A stretch of DNA of 64,000 nt from Phenylobacterium sp. (GCF_030651185.1 NZ_JAUSCJ010000041.1:93693-157692), one strand, 5' to 3'. Positions 1 to 9,607 are shown, numbered from the stretch's first letter. The notes: generated by a model not told the origin, from the sequence alone. Numbers and translations are program-made.

Positions 1-1
1 A

Positions 2-418
2 GTGATCATCCTCGACACCAACGTGGTGTCGGAACTGATGAGACCGATCCCCTCCGAGGTCGTGCGGGCTTGGCTGTCCAATCAGCCCAGCGAAACCCTC
101 TTCACGACCACCATCACACAGGCCGAAATCCTGTACGGCGTGGCTCTGCTGCCGGAGAGTCATCGGCGCACCATGCTTCTGGCCGCCGCAGAGCAGATGT
201 TCGCCATCGACTTCGCCGACCGGGTTCTGCCTTTCGACGGATCGGCCGCCAAGGCCTATGCGAAATTGGCGGCCGATCGCCGGCGCGAAGGACGACCTGC
301 AGGCGCTTTAGACGTCCAAGTCGCCGCGATCGCTCAAGCGTGCGGCGCTTCTGTCGCGACGCGAAACGTCACGGACTTCTTGGGCTATGGGCCAACGATC
401 ATAGATCCCTGGGCATAG
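2..418 (+). CDS. vapC: PIN-domain VapC toxin (type II TA); antitoxin presumably just upstream of the window
   Basis: MIILDTNVVSE N-terminus, D..IAAIA and ATRN..DF PIN motifs; GTGA at 2-5 fits stop/start overlap with an upstream gene. Confidence 0.9.
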   Translation: MIILDTNVVSELMRPIPSEVVRAWLSNQPSETLFTTTITQAEILYGVALLPESHRRTMLLAAAEQMFAIDFADRVLPFDGSAAKAYAKLAADRRREGRPAGALDVQVAAIAQACGASVATRNVTDFLGYGPTIIDPWA

Positions 419-505
419 GGCCCAGACTGTCCGGACACCTTTTTCCTGTCACACGGGCGCGACATAGGCTTGGCTAGCCTCGCTCATCCTTTCGAAGACC
501 GCACC

Positions 506-838
506 ATGACCGAGCCCAGACGACTGAAGAAAAGCGAATCCCTGGAGATTCGGATTCCGTATCCGACCAAGGAAGCCTTCATGGCCCGTTGCCGGGCCGA
601 TGGCCGCTCGGCCAGCGAGGCCCTGCGCGCCTTCATCGACCAGCAGCTGGAGGCGCCGGCCAAGCCGCGGGTCTCCCGCAAGGGCCTGCGCCTGCTCGTC
701 GGGGCCGCGATCGCCGCGGCGGTTGGCGCTGCGGCCCTGCCGTCGCTGGCGCGCCCCAGCGTGGCCGCGGCCCAGTTCGAACGCATCGACACCAACCACG
801 ACGGCGTCCTCAGCCGCGCCGAGTACGCCGCCCGCTAG
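506..838 (+). CDS. Small protein: ribbon-helix-helix-like N-terminus, hydrophobic helix, C-terminal EF-hand
   Basis: SLEIRIPYPTKEAFMARCRADGRSASEALRAFI (Arc/CopG-like); LLVGAAIAAAVGAAALP; DTNHDGVLSRAEY EF-hand loop. Confidence 0.7.
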   Translation: MTEPRRLKKSESLEIRIPYPTKEAFMARCRADGRSASEALRAFIDQQLEAPAKPRVSRKGLRLLVGAAIAAAVGAAALPSLARPSVAAAQFERIDTNHDGVLSRAEYAAR

Positions 839-1590
839 TCCAGCCGGTGGAAGGCGCGGCTCGCATCGAACCGCATCACCCAGGTCCAGGGCTTGAAGAT
901 CGAGGCGCCGCCCTTCCAGGACAGCATGATGAAGCGCGCCTTGCCCACCAGGTTCTCGGCCGGGACGTAGCCGACCCCGATCTCCTGAGGCCAGCGGCTG
1001 TCCAGCGAGTTGTCGCGGTTGTCGCCCATCATGAAGTAGCGGCCTTCAGGCACCACATAGACCTCGGTGTTGTCGCCCTCATGGTCGGGGGCGCGGTCGA
1101 AGGTGACGTAGCTGGCGCCATTGGGCTTGGGCTCGGCGTATTGCATCACCTGCACGCCCGGCGCGCCGGGGTCCTCGATCATGCCGAGCGGCTTGCGTGC
1201 GATGGCCTTGCCGTTGACGTAGACCCGGCCTCCCGCCACCCGGATGCGGTCGCCGGGCAGGCCGATCAGCCGCTTGATGTAGGTGATCTTCTTGTCGCGC
1301 GGCAGGTGGAAGACCACCACGTCGCCGCGCTGGGGCTGCTTGTCCAGGATCCGGCCCCGGAACAGAGGCGGGCTGAACGGGATGGAGTGGGCGCTCCAGC
1401 CGTAGTCGTATTTCGAGACGATGATGTAGTCGCCCTTCAGCAGGGCCGGCTCCATGGACTCCGAGGGGATCGTGAAGGGCTGGAAGAAGATGATCCGCAG
1501 CACGAGCGCGATCAGCAGGGCGGCGCCGACGGTCTTGCCGATCTCGATCAGCTCCTGCTTGGCGGACTTGGTGGCGGGTTGGCTTGTCAT
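835..1590 (-). CDS. lepB: Signal peptidase I
   Basis: IPSESMEPAL (catalytic Ser), YIKRLIGLPGD (Lys), MMGDNRDNSLDSR box; start moved to ATG 1590. Confidence 0.95.
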   Translation of the reverse strand: MTSQPATKSAKQELIEIGKTVGAALLIALVLRIIFFQPFTIPSESMEPALLKGDYIIVSKYDYGWSAHSIPFSPPLFRGRILDKQPQRGDVVVFHLPRDKKITYIKRLIGLPGDRIRVAGGRVYVNGKAIARKPLGMIEDPGAPGVQVMQYAEPKPNGASYVTFDRAPDHEGDNTEVYVVPEGRYFMMGDNRDNSLDSRWPQEIGVGYVPAENLVGKARFIMLSWKGGASIFKPWTWVMRFDASRAFHRLD

Positions 1591-1653
1591 GGTCAAGGTC
1601 TGGCCGCGCCCGCGCCGCACGGCAATCAAAGACCTGTCCGGACACGCCGCGTC

Positions 1654-2403
1654 TCAGTCCGGACAGACCTCGTCGAGCGCGGCCAGCAGCCGGGCGAGGT
1701 CGGCAGGCCGCGACAGCCGATGGTCGCCGTCCTTGATCAGGCTGAAGACCACGTCGTCGCTGTTCAGCGCCTGGGCCAGCTCCAGGGCATGGCGCCAGGG
1801 AACATCGGGATCGGCCCCGCCCTGCAGGATACGCACCGGCGCGGTGATCGGCACGGGGCCCGGCAGGATCGACCAGCGGGCGCCGTCCTCCAGCAGATTG
1901 GCGGTGATCGGATAGGGCTCGCCATAGTCGCTGGGCCGCAGCCAGACGCCGTCTCGCGCCAGGGCCTCGCGGCCGGCGGCGTCGATCTCGGGCGCCATCA
2001 GCTTCTCGGTGAAGTCGGGTGCGGGCGCGATCAGCACCAGGGCCTTGATCCGGTCGGCGCGCACGGCGGCGGCCAGGCAACTGATCCAGCCGCCCATGGA
2101 GGAGCCCACCAGGACAAGCGGTCCCGCGGCGAGGTCGTCGATCACCGCCAGAGCATCCTCGCGCCAGCGGGTGATGGTCCCATCGGCGAAGTCGCCGCTG
2201 GACTCGCCGTGGCCGAAATAGTCGAAGCGGACATAGGCTCGGCCCCGCGCCTGCGCCCAGTCCGCGATCGCCGCCGCCTTGGTCCCGGCCATGTCGGAGC
2301 GGAAGCCCCCCAGCCAGACCACGGTGGGACCTTCGCCCGCCACGCGCCGCCACGCCACGCGCTCGCCGTCCGGCCGCGCCAGGAAACCCGTCTCTTCGCT
2401 CAT
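1654..2403 (-). CDS. Alpha/beta hydrolase
   Basis: GSSMGG nucleophile elbow, RFDYFGHGES, DGDHRLS. Confidence 0.9.
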   Translation of the reverse strand: MSEETGFLARPDGERVAWRRVAGEGPTVVWLGGFRSDMAGTKAAAIADWAQARGRAYVRFDYFGHGESSGDFADGTITRWREDALAVIDDLAAGPLVLVGSSMGGWISCLAAAVRADRIKALVLIAPAPDFTEKLMAPEIDAAGREALARDGVWLRPSDYGEPYPITANLLEDGARWSILPGPVPITAPVRILQGGADPDVPWRHALELAQALNSDDVVFSLIKDGDHRLSRPADLARLLAALDEVCPD

Positions 2404-2473
2404 GGCTGATCAATAGCCCGTGCGAGGAGGCCCGTCAGCGTGCGACGGGCTTTACGCGCCCCCGCAGTGCGTT

Positions 2474-3658
2474 ATGCAGATGGCCGTGACACTGCCTCCC
2501 AACTTCACATTGCTGCAGGTCGTCCCCGAGCTGGAAACCGGCGGCGCCGAACAGACCACGATCGACGTGGCCAATGCGGTGGTGCGCGCCGGCGGCAAGG
2601 CCCTGGTGGCCACCCGCGGCGGTCGCATGACTGCGCGCCTGGAGGCCGACGGCGGCCGCCTGGCCCAGATGCCGGTGCAGTCGAAGAACCCGCTGGTGAT
2701 GCTGGGCAACGCCGCCCGCCTGGTGGACCTGATCCGCAAGGAGAAGGTCAGCCTGGTCCACGCCCGCAGCCGGGCCCCGGCCTTCTCGGCCCTGTGGGCG
2801 GCCCAGGCGACGGGGACGCCCTTCGTGGCCACCTATCACGGCATCTACAACGCCAAGACCAAGCTGAAGCGCTGGTACAATGCGGTGATGACCCGGGGCG
2901 ATCTGGTGATCGCCAATTCCGACTACACCCGCGACCACGTGCTGAGGGAGCATGACCTCCCGCCGGAGAAGATCGTCACCATTCCGCGCGGCGTGGACCT
3001 GGACCGCTTCAACCCCGCCTGGGTGACCCGCGAGCGGATCGCCGATCTGCGCGCCGCCTGGGGGATCGCCCCCACCGACAACCGCGTGAAGATCCTGCTG
3101 GGCGGGCGCCTGACCCGCATCAAGGGCCACCCCACCATCATCGAGGCCGCCGCCCGGATGAAGGCGCAGGGCCGGTCCAATTTCCTGATCATCTTCGCCG
3201 GCGACGACCAGGGCCGCACCGACTATCGCGAGGAACTGGAAACCTCGATCCGCGACCAGGGCCTCACCGCCGAGGTCAAGCTGGTGGGCCACTGTGACGA
3301 CATGCCGGCCGCCTGCCTGGTCTGCGATCTGGCCATCCTGCCCACCACCGTCCCGGAGTCCTTCGGCCGCACCGCCGTCGAGCCCCAGGCCATGGGGCGC
3401 CCGGTGATCGCCTCCAGCCACGGCGGCGCCACCGAGACGGTGCTAGACGGCAAGACCGGCTGGCTGGTCCCGCCCGGCGACGCGAGCGCCTGGGCCGCCG
3501 CCATGACCCACGCCATCGAGCTTGGGCCTGTCGAACTTCGCAGGATGGGCGAGCTGGCCTCGGCCCGCGCCCGCCAGCTCTATTCCGCCGAGGCCATGTG
3601 CGCGGCCACAATGGAAGCCTATGAACGCGTGCTGACGGCGAGGGCCCATGGCGCGTGA
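2474..3658 (+). CDS. Glycosyltransferase family 4 (GT-B)
   Basis: GGAEQ, HARSR, ESFGRTAVEPQAMGRPVIAS motif. Confidence 0.9.
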   Translation: MQMAVTLPPNFTLLQVVPELETGGAEQTTIDVANAVVRAGGKALVATRGGRMTARLEADGGRLAQMPVQSKNPLVMLGNAARLVDLIRKEKVSLVHARSRAPAFSALWAAQATGTPFVATYHGIYNAKTKLKRWYNAVMTRGDLVIANSDYTRDHVLREHDLPPEKIVTIPRGVDLDRFNPAWVTRERIADLRAAWGIAPTDNRVKILLGGRLTRIKGHPTIIEAAARMKAQGRSNFLIIFAGDDQGRTDYREELETSIRDQGLTAEVKLVGHCDDMPAACLVCDLAILPTTVPESFGRTAVEPQAMGRPVIASSHGGATETVLDGKTGWLVPPGDASAWAAAMTHAIELGPVELRRMGELASARARQLYSAEAMCAATMEAYERVLTARAHGA

Positions 3659-4631
3659 GATCAAGAAGATCCTGGTGATCAAGCTGTCGGCCCTGGGGGA
3701 CTTCGTCCTGGCCCTGGCGGCGATGAAGAAGATTCGCGAGGCGCACAAACGCGCCCACATCACCCTGCTGACCACCCCGCAGTTCGAGGGCCTGGCCAAG
3801 AGCTCACCCTATTTCAACGCCGTGGAGACCGACGGCAAACCCAACGGCCCCGGCGCCTGGCTGGCCCTGCGCGGCCGGATCAAGAAGGCCAAGTACGACC
3901 GAGTCTACGACCTACAGACCTCCTCGGCCTCCAACCGCATTTTCCAGATGCTGCGGCCCTTCCCGCCGGAGTGGTCGGGGATCGCCATGGGCTGCGCCCT
4001 GCCGCACAAGAATCCCCACCGCAATTCCATGCACACCCTGGAGCGCCAGGCCGACCAGTTGAAGTATGCGGGCATCTATCCCGACGCGCCGACCGAGCCC
4101 GGCAGCGCCCCGCCGCCGGACCTGTCCTGGGTGCTGCGCAAGGCGCCCCAGGAGCGCCCCGTGGCCGGCGGCGTCATGCCCCGGCCCTATGTGCTGTTTA
4201 TCCCCGGCGGCTCGGCCCACCGGCTGGACAAGCGTTGGCCCGTCGACCGCTACGGCGAGCTCGGCAAGATCCTCTACGACCGCGGCTTCGACATCGTCAT
4301 CCTGGGCGGCCCCCAGGAGAGCGCCGAGGCCCGCCAGATCCAGCGCTATGTCGGCAAGGCCCGCGACCTCACCGGCCGCACAGACTTCGCCCGCATCGCA
4401 ATCCTGGGGGCCAAGGCCGCCCTGGTGGTGGGAAACGACACCGGACCGCTGCACCTGGCCGCGGCCACGGGCGCGCCGACCATCGTGTTGTTCTCGCGGG
4501 CCTCGGACCCCAATCTGTCGGCTCCGCGCGGCCATGTGGCGGTGCTGCAGGCCGATAATCTGGGCGATCTGGCTGTGGCGAGCGTCGCACAGGCGGCGAA
4601 TGCTTTGGCCCCAGCCCCCGGCGGCGCTTGA
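3648..4631 (+). CDS. Glycosyltransferase family 9 (LPS heptosyltransferase-like)
   Basis: ILVIKLSALGD, KRWP, VGNDTGPLHLAAA motifs; overlaps GT4 stop. Confidence 0.9.
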   Translation: MAREIKKILVIKLSALGDFVLALAAMKKIREAHKRAHITLLTTPQFEGLAKSSPYFNAVETDGKPNGPGAWLALRGRIKKAKYDRVYDLQTSSASNRIFQMLRPFPPEWSGIAMGCALPHKNPHRNSMHTLERQADQLKYAGIYPDAPTEPGSAPPPDLSWVLRKAPQERPVAGGVMPRPYVLFIPGGSAHRLDKRWPVDRYGELGKILYDRGFDIVILGGPQESAEARQIQRYVGKARDLTGRTDFARIAILGAKAALVVGNDTGPLHLAAATGAPTIVLFSRASDPNLSAPRGHVAVLQADNLGDLAVASVAQAANALAPAPGGA

Positions 4632-4729
4632 TCGCGAGGGTCCGCAAGGTCATATACTGTCCGAACGACCCCGGAGCGCATTGCGTGGCCGGCGCGTTCG
4701 CCTTGAAATAGCTCACGGAGCAAAAGCCT

Positions 4730-5263
4730 ATTCGCCGCCCCATGCAGGCGCCGCCCGTCAAAGACGGACCGCGCATCAACGAAGACATCCGCGTCCCCAA
4801 GGTTCTGCTCATCGATCAGCACGGTGAGAAACAGGGCGTGATGCCGACCTCCTCCGCTCTGGAAGCCGCTTTGGAAGCGGGTCTGGACCTGGTCGAGATC
4901 GTGCCGAATGCCGATCCGCCCGTCTGCAAGATCCTGGACTACGGCAAGTTTAAGTTCCAGGAGCAGAAGAAGAAGAACGAGGCGCGCAAGCGGCAGAAGG
5001 TGGTGGAGATCAAGGAGATCAAACTCCGTCCCAACATCGACATCCACGACTACGAAGTCAAAGCGCGCTCCATGCACCGCTTCTTCGAAGAGGGCGACAA
5101 GGTGAAGGTCACCCTGCGCTTCCGTGGCCGCGAACTCGCCCACCCGGAACTTGGCATGAAGCTGCTCCAGCAGGTGAAGGCCGACTTCGAGCCGGTGGCC
5201 AAGGTCGAGTACGAGCCCCGCATGGAAGGCCGCCAGATGATCATGATCCTGGCGCCGCGCTAA
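4730..5263 (+). CDS. infC: Translation initiation factor IF-3, probable ATT start
   Basis: [27 protein letters not shown] motifs; GGAG at 4717-4720 then in-frame ATT at 4730 ahead of ATG 4742. Confidence 0.95.
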   Translation: MRRPMQAPPVKDGPRINEDIRVPKVLLIDQHGEKQGVMPTSSALEAALEAGLDLVEIVPNADPPVCKILDYGKFKFQEQKKKNEARKRQKVVEIKEIKLRPNIDIHDYEVKARSMHRFFEEGDKVKVTLRFRGRELAHPELGMKLLQQVKADFEPVAKVEYEPRMEGRQMIMILAPR

Positions 5264-5287
5264 GGTCTGATCGCCGCAAACGATTTG

Positions 5288-5320
5288 AAGCGGCCGTCCC
5301 CCAGGGGCGGCCGCTTTTTC
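5288..5320 (+). terminator. Rho-independent terminator after infC
   Basis: aagcggccgtcccc / ggggcggccgctt stem followed by T-run. Confidence 0.85.
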
Positions 5321-5401
5321 GTGCCCCCAGGTGAACTGCGACAACCCAGCGTCACACTGGGTCTTTACGCCCTGATCGGTCCAGCTTAACACCGGATCAT
5401 T

Positions 5402-6631
5402 ATGTCCCAGTCCGAGCCGTATAAGGCCCCGGCGCCGCGTTTCGCTGCGGCGTCGCTGATCGCCGTTATCTTCATCAACATGTTGGGCTTCGGGATCATC
5501 GTCCCGTTGTTGCCCTTCTATGCCGACTCCTTCGACGCCGAGCCGTGGCAGATCGGAGCGATCTTCGGCGCCTACTCGGTGGGGGCCTTCTTCGGCGAAC
5601 CCCTATGGGGCCGACTGTCGGACAAGTACGGCCGCAAGCCGCTGCTGATCTCAACCATCATCGGCAACTGCCTCTGCTACCTGGCGCTGGCCTTCGCCCC
5701 CAACATCTGGGCGGCCTTCGCCATCCGCCTGGTGGGCGGGCTGGCCGCCGGCAACGGCGCCGTGGTGCAGGGCTATATCGCCGACGTCACCCCGCCTGAG
5801 AAGCGCGCCCGCCAAATGAGCTATCAGGGCGCGGCCTGGAATGTCGGCCTGATCATCGGCCCCGCGGTGGGGGGCTTCTTCGCCCACACCGGCATGGGCC
5901 CGGCCGGCTTCCGCATTCCGCTGTTCATCGCCTCGGGCCTGGCGGCGCTGTGCGTCGTGGCCATCACCATCTTCATCAAGGAAAGCCGGGTCCGCGAGGA
6001 AGGCATCAGCCATCGCCCCAGCCGCTGGTCGGCCATTGGCGAGGCCGTCACCCATCCGGTGATCGGCCGCATGATGCTGCTGACCTTCCTGGTGGGCTTC
6101 GCCTTCACGGGCATCGAGAGCCAGTTTGGCCTCTGGTCCCAGGCCCGCTTCGGCTGGGGCCCGCGCGAGATCGCGGTATGTTTCGCTTTCACCGGCGCCA
6201 CGGCCTTCTTCTTCCAGACCATGGTCACCGGCCAGATGTCCGAGCGCTTCGGCGAGGGGGTGATGCTGTCCATCGGCATGGGCATGACCGCGGTCGCCGC
6301 AGCCCTGCAGGTCTTCTCCGTCAGCGGCCCCATGACCATCGCCCTGATGTGCCTGACCGCGGCCGGGCAGTCGGTGGCCTTCCCCAATGTGGGCGCCATC
6401 ATCTCGCGCACCGCCGACCCCCATAGGCAGGGTCAGATCATGGGCCTCAACAACGCCACCGGCGCCCTGGCCAGGGTGGTGGGACCCGTCTGCGCGGGCC
6501 TGATGGTGCCCGTCATGCGGGACGGCCCGTTCATCCTGGGCGCCCTGGTGGTGGCGCCGGCCATCCTGCTGGCGCTGTCGGCGACCCGCAGGTCGCGGCT
6601 CCTGAGCGAGCCGCCAAAGCCCGAGCCATGA
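5402..6631 (+). CDS. MFS transporter, TetA/DHA1-like
   Basis: GRLSDKYGRKP motif A, many hydrophobic segments. Confidence 0.9.
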   Translation: MSQSEPYKAPAPRFAAASLIAVIFINMLGFGIIVPLLPFYADSFDAEPWQIGAIFGAYSVGAFFGEPLWGRLSDKYGRKPLLISTIIGNCLCYLALAFAPNIWAAFAIRLVGGLAAGNGAVVQGYIADVTPPEKRARQMSYQGAAWNVGLIIGPAVGGFFAHTGMGPAGFRIPLFIASGLAALCVVAITIFIKESRVREEGISHRPSRWSAIGEAVTHPVIGRMMLLTFLVGFAFTGIESQFGLWSQARFGWGPREIAVCFAFTGATAFFFQTMVTGQMSERFGEGVMLSIGMGMTAVAAALQVFSVSGPMTIALMCLTAAGQSVAFPNVGAIISRTADPHRQGQIMGLNNATGALARVVGPVCAGLMVPVMRDGPFILGALVVAPAILLALSATRRSRLLSEPPKPEP

Positions 6632-7854
6632 CCCCGCCCGGCGCGAGCGTCCCGAGCGAAAAGCAGGACCTCCGCGCCCTGATCATCCTGCTGTCGGTGG
6701 TGTTCCTCAACATCGCCGGCTTCGGGGTGGTCATCCCGCTGCTGCCGTTCTTCGGCAAGGCCTTCGACGCGCCGGCCTGGCAGATCGCCCTGCTGTTCTC
6801 GATGTTCTCCTTCGGCCAGTTCCTGGGTGAGCCCTTCTGGGGCCGGCTCTCGGACCGGGTCGGTCGCCGGCCGGTGCTGATCGTCACCATCGCGGTCAGC
6901 GCCCTGGCCTATGTGGCGCTCGCCTTCTCCCCCAACATCCTGTTCGCCTTCGTTGCGCGGTTCGCCGGTGGCTTCTTCGCCGGCAACATCTCCACCCTGC
7001 AGGGCTGCATGGCCGACATCACCCCCCCGGAGAAGCGCGCCGGCCGCATGGGGGTGATGGGCTCGGCCTTCTCGATGGGCTTCATGACCGGACCTGCCCT
7101 GGGGGGTCTGCTGGCCCAGCCCAGCCTCGGCCCAATCGGCTTCCAGCTGCCCCTGTTCGCCGCCGCGGCGCTTGGCCTGGCCTCGGCGGCCGGCGTCTTC
7201 TTCTTCGTGCGCGAGACCCGGCCGGGTACGCCTGACGTGCGCCCGCGCGGCCGTCAGGTGGCGCTGCGCGAGGCCTTCGCCCATCCGGTGATCGCCCGGG
7301 TCCTGATCATCTCCTTCGTCATCGTCTCGGGCTTCGCGGGCATCGAGGCCACCTACGGCCTGTGGACCGCCGCCAAGTTCGGCTGGGGGCCTCGGGAGAT
7401 CGGCCTGGCCTTCATGGTCATCGGGGTGATCGGGGCCTTCAGCCAGGGCATCGCCACCGGCTGGCTGGTGGCCCGCTTCGGCGAGCCGCGGGTGCTGATC
7501 GCCGGCCTGTGCCTGATGTTCGTCGGCATGCTGGTGCAGTTCACCTCGCAGGTCCCGGCCCAGGCGGTGCTCGGTCTGGCCATCGTCGGCTTTGGCCAGT
7601 CGATCTGCTTCCCCAACCTGGTGGGGCTGATCTCCAAGTCCACCCCACCCGACCGCCAGGGCGAGATGCTGGGCCTCAACATGTCCAACAATGCCCTGGC
7701 CCGGATCGGCGGCCCGATCTATGCGGGCCAGCTCTTCAGCCTGGTCTCCCCCGGCGCGCCCTTCGCGCTCACCGCCATCCTCATCGTGCCCGCCGTGATC
7801 CTGGCCCTGCAGGTGATCAAGCGCCTGCCGCATGGGCAGCCGCCCGCTTCATAA
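6628..7854 (+). CDS. MFS transporter, TetA/DHA1-like, tandem paralogue
   Basis: GRLSDRVGRRP motif A; ATGA overlap with the previous gene; parallel motifs throughout. Confidence 0.9.
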   Translation: MTPPGASVPSEKQDLRALIILLSVVFLNIAGFGVVIPLLPFFGKAFDAPAWQIALLFSMFSFGQFLGEPFWGRLSDRVGRRPVLIVTIAVSALAYVALAFSPNILFAFVARFAGGFFAGNISTLQGCMADITPPEKRAGRMGVMGSAFSMGFMTGPALGGLLAQPSLGPIGFQLPLFAAAALGLASAAGVFFFVRETRPGTPDVRPRGRQVALREAFAHPVIARVLIISFVIVSGFAGIEATYGLWTAAKFGWGPREIGLAFMVIGVIGAFSQGIATGWLVARFGEPRVLIAGLCLMFVGMLVQFTSQVPAQAVLGLAIVGFGQSICFPNLVGLISKSTPPDRQGEMLGLNMSNNALARIGGPIYAGQLFSLVSPGAPFALTAILIVPAVILALQVIKRLPHGQPPAS

Positions 7855-7861
7855 AGAAGAG

Positions 7862-7997
7862 GAACCAGGAACCTCACGAACGACACGAACGCGCGGCTGC
7901 GTGGGCGTGCGCGCGGCCCGGCGCCGCGCAGCGGCTGTCCTCATGGCAGCGACGACGGCGGCCCTCCCGTTCGTGTGGTTCGTGAGGTTCGTGGTTC
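7862..7997. repeat. MITE-like element with 30-bp terminal inverted repeats built from CACGAAC-type units
   Basis: 7862-7891 gaaccaggaacctcacgaacgacacgaacg is the reverse complement of 7968-7997 with 2 mismatches. Confidence 0.8.
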
Positions 7998-8018
7998 AAA
8001 AATCGGCCTCTCGGCCCC

Positions 8019-8750
8019 TCAACCTCCGCTGAACAATCCCGCCAGCAGGTTGATGGTGAGCGCCAACACCACGGTGTTGAAGGTGAAGGCCACGATCCCG
8101 TGGATCGTGCCGATCCGCCGCAGGGGCTTTGAGGTGAAGGCGATGTCGGCCGTCTGGGCCGCCACCCCGATCACCGTCGAGAAGTGCACGAAGTCCCAGT
8201 AGTCGGGCTCCTCTCCGCCCGGAAAGGCCAGGCCTCCCGCCACCGCCTTGCCCGTCGGTTCGGCTTCGGGGGCGTAGTACTCGTGGGCGTAGTGCAGGGC
8301 GAAGATCAGGTGGACCATGAACCAGGAGGCCGCCACCGTCCCGAAGGCCAGCGCCACGCGGCCGGCCCTTTCCAGGCCGTGGCCACCCCTGGCCGTTGAG
8401 AGCTCCACCCCCACCGCCGCGATGCTGAAGGCCGCCGCCAGGACGACCACCGCCAGGATCATGCCCTGGCCCTGGTCCTGCGACGACGCTTGCCTGCGGA
8501 TGTCCGCCGGCGACTTTCCGATCATGAAGGCGATCAGGGCGACGATGAAGACCAGGGCCGTGGCGTCCCAGCCGAAGATGGCGCTGGTGCTCCACTGAAA
8601 CGTCGTCAGGCTGGCGCAGGCCAGCCACACCGCCAGGCCCACGGCGAACGAGGCCAGCAGCCGCGGACGGGCCAGGAACGCCCCGATCACCATGGGCCGA
8701 TGCTTGCGGGGCTTTCTGGCGGGATGCTTGGCGGCGGCTTGGCGGGCCAT
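8019..8750 (-). CDS. DUF1345-like membrane protein
   Basis: ALHYAHEYY, LAFPG.EEPDYWDF, IG...QTAD motifs, several TM helices. Confidence 0.8.
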   Translation of the reverse strand: MARQAAAKHPARKPRKHRPMVIGAFLARPRLLASFAVGLAVWLACASLTTFQWSTSAIFGWDATALVFIVALIAFMIGKSPADIRRQASSQDQGQGMILAVVVLAAAFSIAAVGVELSTARGGHGLERAGRVALAFGTVAASWFMVHLIFALHYAHEYYAPEAEPTGKAVAGGLAFPGGEEPDYWDFVHFSTVIGVAAQTADIAFTSKPLRRIGTIHGIVAFTFNTVVLALTINLLAGLFSGG

Positions 8751-8847
8751 GGGGTTTCGCTCCGTGTCGACAGGGGTATGAACGCGCGGCGCCGGGACTC
8801 AAACCCTTGCTTTCCCGCACCCTTTCGCGTATTCGCCCTCCCCTTCG

Positions 8848-8882
8848 GAACCGTCTGGCCCAATGGCATGCCAGGACGGTTC
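8848..8882 (+). promoter_or_regulatory. 5'-UTR hairpin upstream of rpmI-rplT, candidate autoregulatory leader
   Basis: gaaccgtctggc ... gccaggacggttc stem between a sigma70-like TTGCTT/GCGTATT promoter and the rpmI start. Confidence 0.4.
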
Positions 8883-8922
8883 ATCAATACGCCAGAGGAC
8901 GGGGCTCACGCTCCGCAGAGAA

Positions 8923-9123
8923 ATGCCGAAACTGAAGACCAAGTCAGGCGCCAAGAAGCGCTTCAAAATCACTGCGTCTGGCCTCATCAAGGCCGGCGTC
9001 GCGGGCAAGCGCCACCGGCTGATGAGCCACAGCGCCAAGTACATCCGTCAGAACCGTGGCACGAAGGTCATGTCGTCGTCCGACGTCAAGACCATCAAGT
9101 CCTACCTGCCCTACGGCCTTTGA
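8923..9123 (+). CDS. rpmI: 50S ribosomal protein L35
   Basis: MPKLKTKSGAKKRFKIT. Confidence 0.97.
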   Translation: MPKLKTKSGAKKRFKITASGLIKAGVAGKRHRLMSHSAKYIRQNRGTKVMSSSDVKTIKSYLPYGL

Positions 9124-9138
9124 TCGGAGCACTGACAC

Positions 9139-9495
9139 ATGGCACGCGTTAAAAGGGGCGTTGTCGCCCACGCCCGTCACAAGAAGGTTCTTGAGCAGGC
9201 CAAGGGTTTCTACGGCCGCCGCAAGAACACCATCCGCACGGCCAAGGCTGCGGTCGACCGCGCCGGTCAGTACGCCTATCGCGACCGCAAGGTCCGCAAG
9301 CGTAATTTCCGCTCGCTCTGGATCCAGCGCATCAACGCCGCGGCCCGCATCGAGGGTCTGACCTACGCGACCTTTATCCACGGCCTCGACCTGGCCGGGA
9401 TCGAGATCGACCGCAAGGTCCTGTCGGACATCGCGGGCAACGACCCGGTTGCGTTTAAGGCCATCGCTGAGAAGGTTCGCGCCGCTCTGGCTTGA
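9139..9495 (+). CDS. rplT: 50S ribosomal protein L20
   Basis: [20 protein letters not shown]. Confidence 0.98.
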   Translation: MARVKRGVVAHARHKKVLEQAKGFYGRRKNTIRTAKAAVDRAGQYAYRDRKVRKRNFRSLWIQRINAAARIEGLTYATFIHGLDLAGIEIDRKVLSDIAGNDPVAFKAIAEKVRAALA

Positions 9496-9526
9496 GGCCC
9501 GGGAGCCCTTGGCTCCTAAAGCATTC

Positions 9527-9561
9527 AAAGCCCTTCGGCCGAACCGCCGGAGGGCTTTTTG
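9527..9561 (+). terminator. Rho-independent terminator after rplT
   Basis: aaagcccttcgg ... ccggagggctttttg. Confidence 0.75.
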
Positions 9562-9607
9562 CTGTCCTCTTCCCGCGCCCTGTCACCCCCTCTAAGAACG
9601 CCGTGTC

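Noticed and set aside
7832-8032. ORFs with FVWFVRFVV / VRVVRVVR periodicity (also 30702-30923)
   Set aside because: Translations of the CACGAAC repeat, not proteins
9496-9607. pheM-like attenuator leader before pheS
   Set aside because: No start codon with Phe-rich ORF; only terminator-like hairpins
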